Shown piece by piece: positions 31,959-32,000 of a stretch of 32,000 nucleotides of DNA (positions are counted from its first letter, which is position 1; every line of letters begins with the position of its first letter). A program made the translations under genes and the position numbers. This stretch comes from Candidatus Brocadia sp. Lineage in GTDB: Bacteria; Planctomycetota; Brocadiia; Brocadiales; Brocadiaceae. The stretch is taken from NCBI GenBank assembly GCA_021650915.1, contig CP091279.1:960001-992000 (forward strand). Reading direction: 5' to 3'. The notes below the pieces were generated by a model, which was given only the letters and a program-made list of their open reading frames with translations, did not search any database and was not told the DNA's origin.

Positions 31959-32000
31959 TACGATTTCTCAGGGATTTCCCATATTACTTTTTTGACTGTG
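31958..32000 (-). CDS. 3' end of the upstream cas gene (by I-C gene order probably cas7/csd2), only 14 codons visible
   Basis: The frame reads ...TVKKVIWEIPEKS* and its TAA overlaps the cas4 ATG (TAATG). It is too short to identify, and a second frame is also open. Confidence 0.3.
   Translation of the reverse strand, partial: TVKKVIWEIPEKS

Overview
This 32 kb window looks bacterial. An HAO-like octaheme cytochrome and many GTAGGG...CCCTAC hairpins suggest an anammox-type planctomycete, but I could not verify this. It splits into three parts. (1) The left edge holds the 5' end of a type III-B cmr1 gene on the minus strand. (2) About 21 kb of mostly housekeeping genes follows. These are a P2-type cation ATPase translationally coupled to an octaheme HAO-like cytochrome c, a secreted 8xCxxC protein, a TPR lipoprotein, a polyprenyl synthase, efp, hemW, a GT2 glycosyltransferase, an IspH fused to a UbiA-like membrane domain, DUF502, tRNA-Sec, a cupin, pdxA, ribE, an IS66 remnant, psd, a beta-CASP nuclease, a CDF transporter, a zinc-ribbon protein and an RlmI-like methyltransferase. 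(3) The rest is a very large type I-C-style CRISPR array of 93 repeats and 92 spacers (22609-28692), transcribed on the minus strand from a leader beside cas2, followed by the adaptation operon. The most unusual feature is that the cas4-cas1-cas2 module is interrupted by two different Avd-like four-helix-bundle genes (23S rRNA IVS protein family). One overlaps both cas4 and cas1. The other is bounded by about 30-bp inverted repeats, like an rRNA intervening sequence. The array also records a visible history: a 5-spacer block duplication, a duplicated spacer, a palindromic spacer flanked by degenerate repeats in mid-array, and several spacer sets sampled from variants of the same target. All functional calls rest on motifs read by eye; no database search was run.
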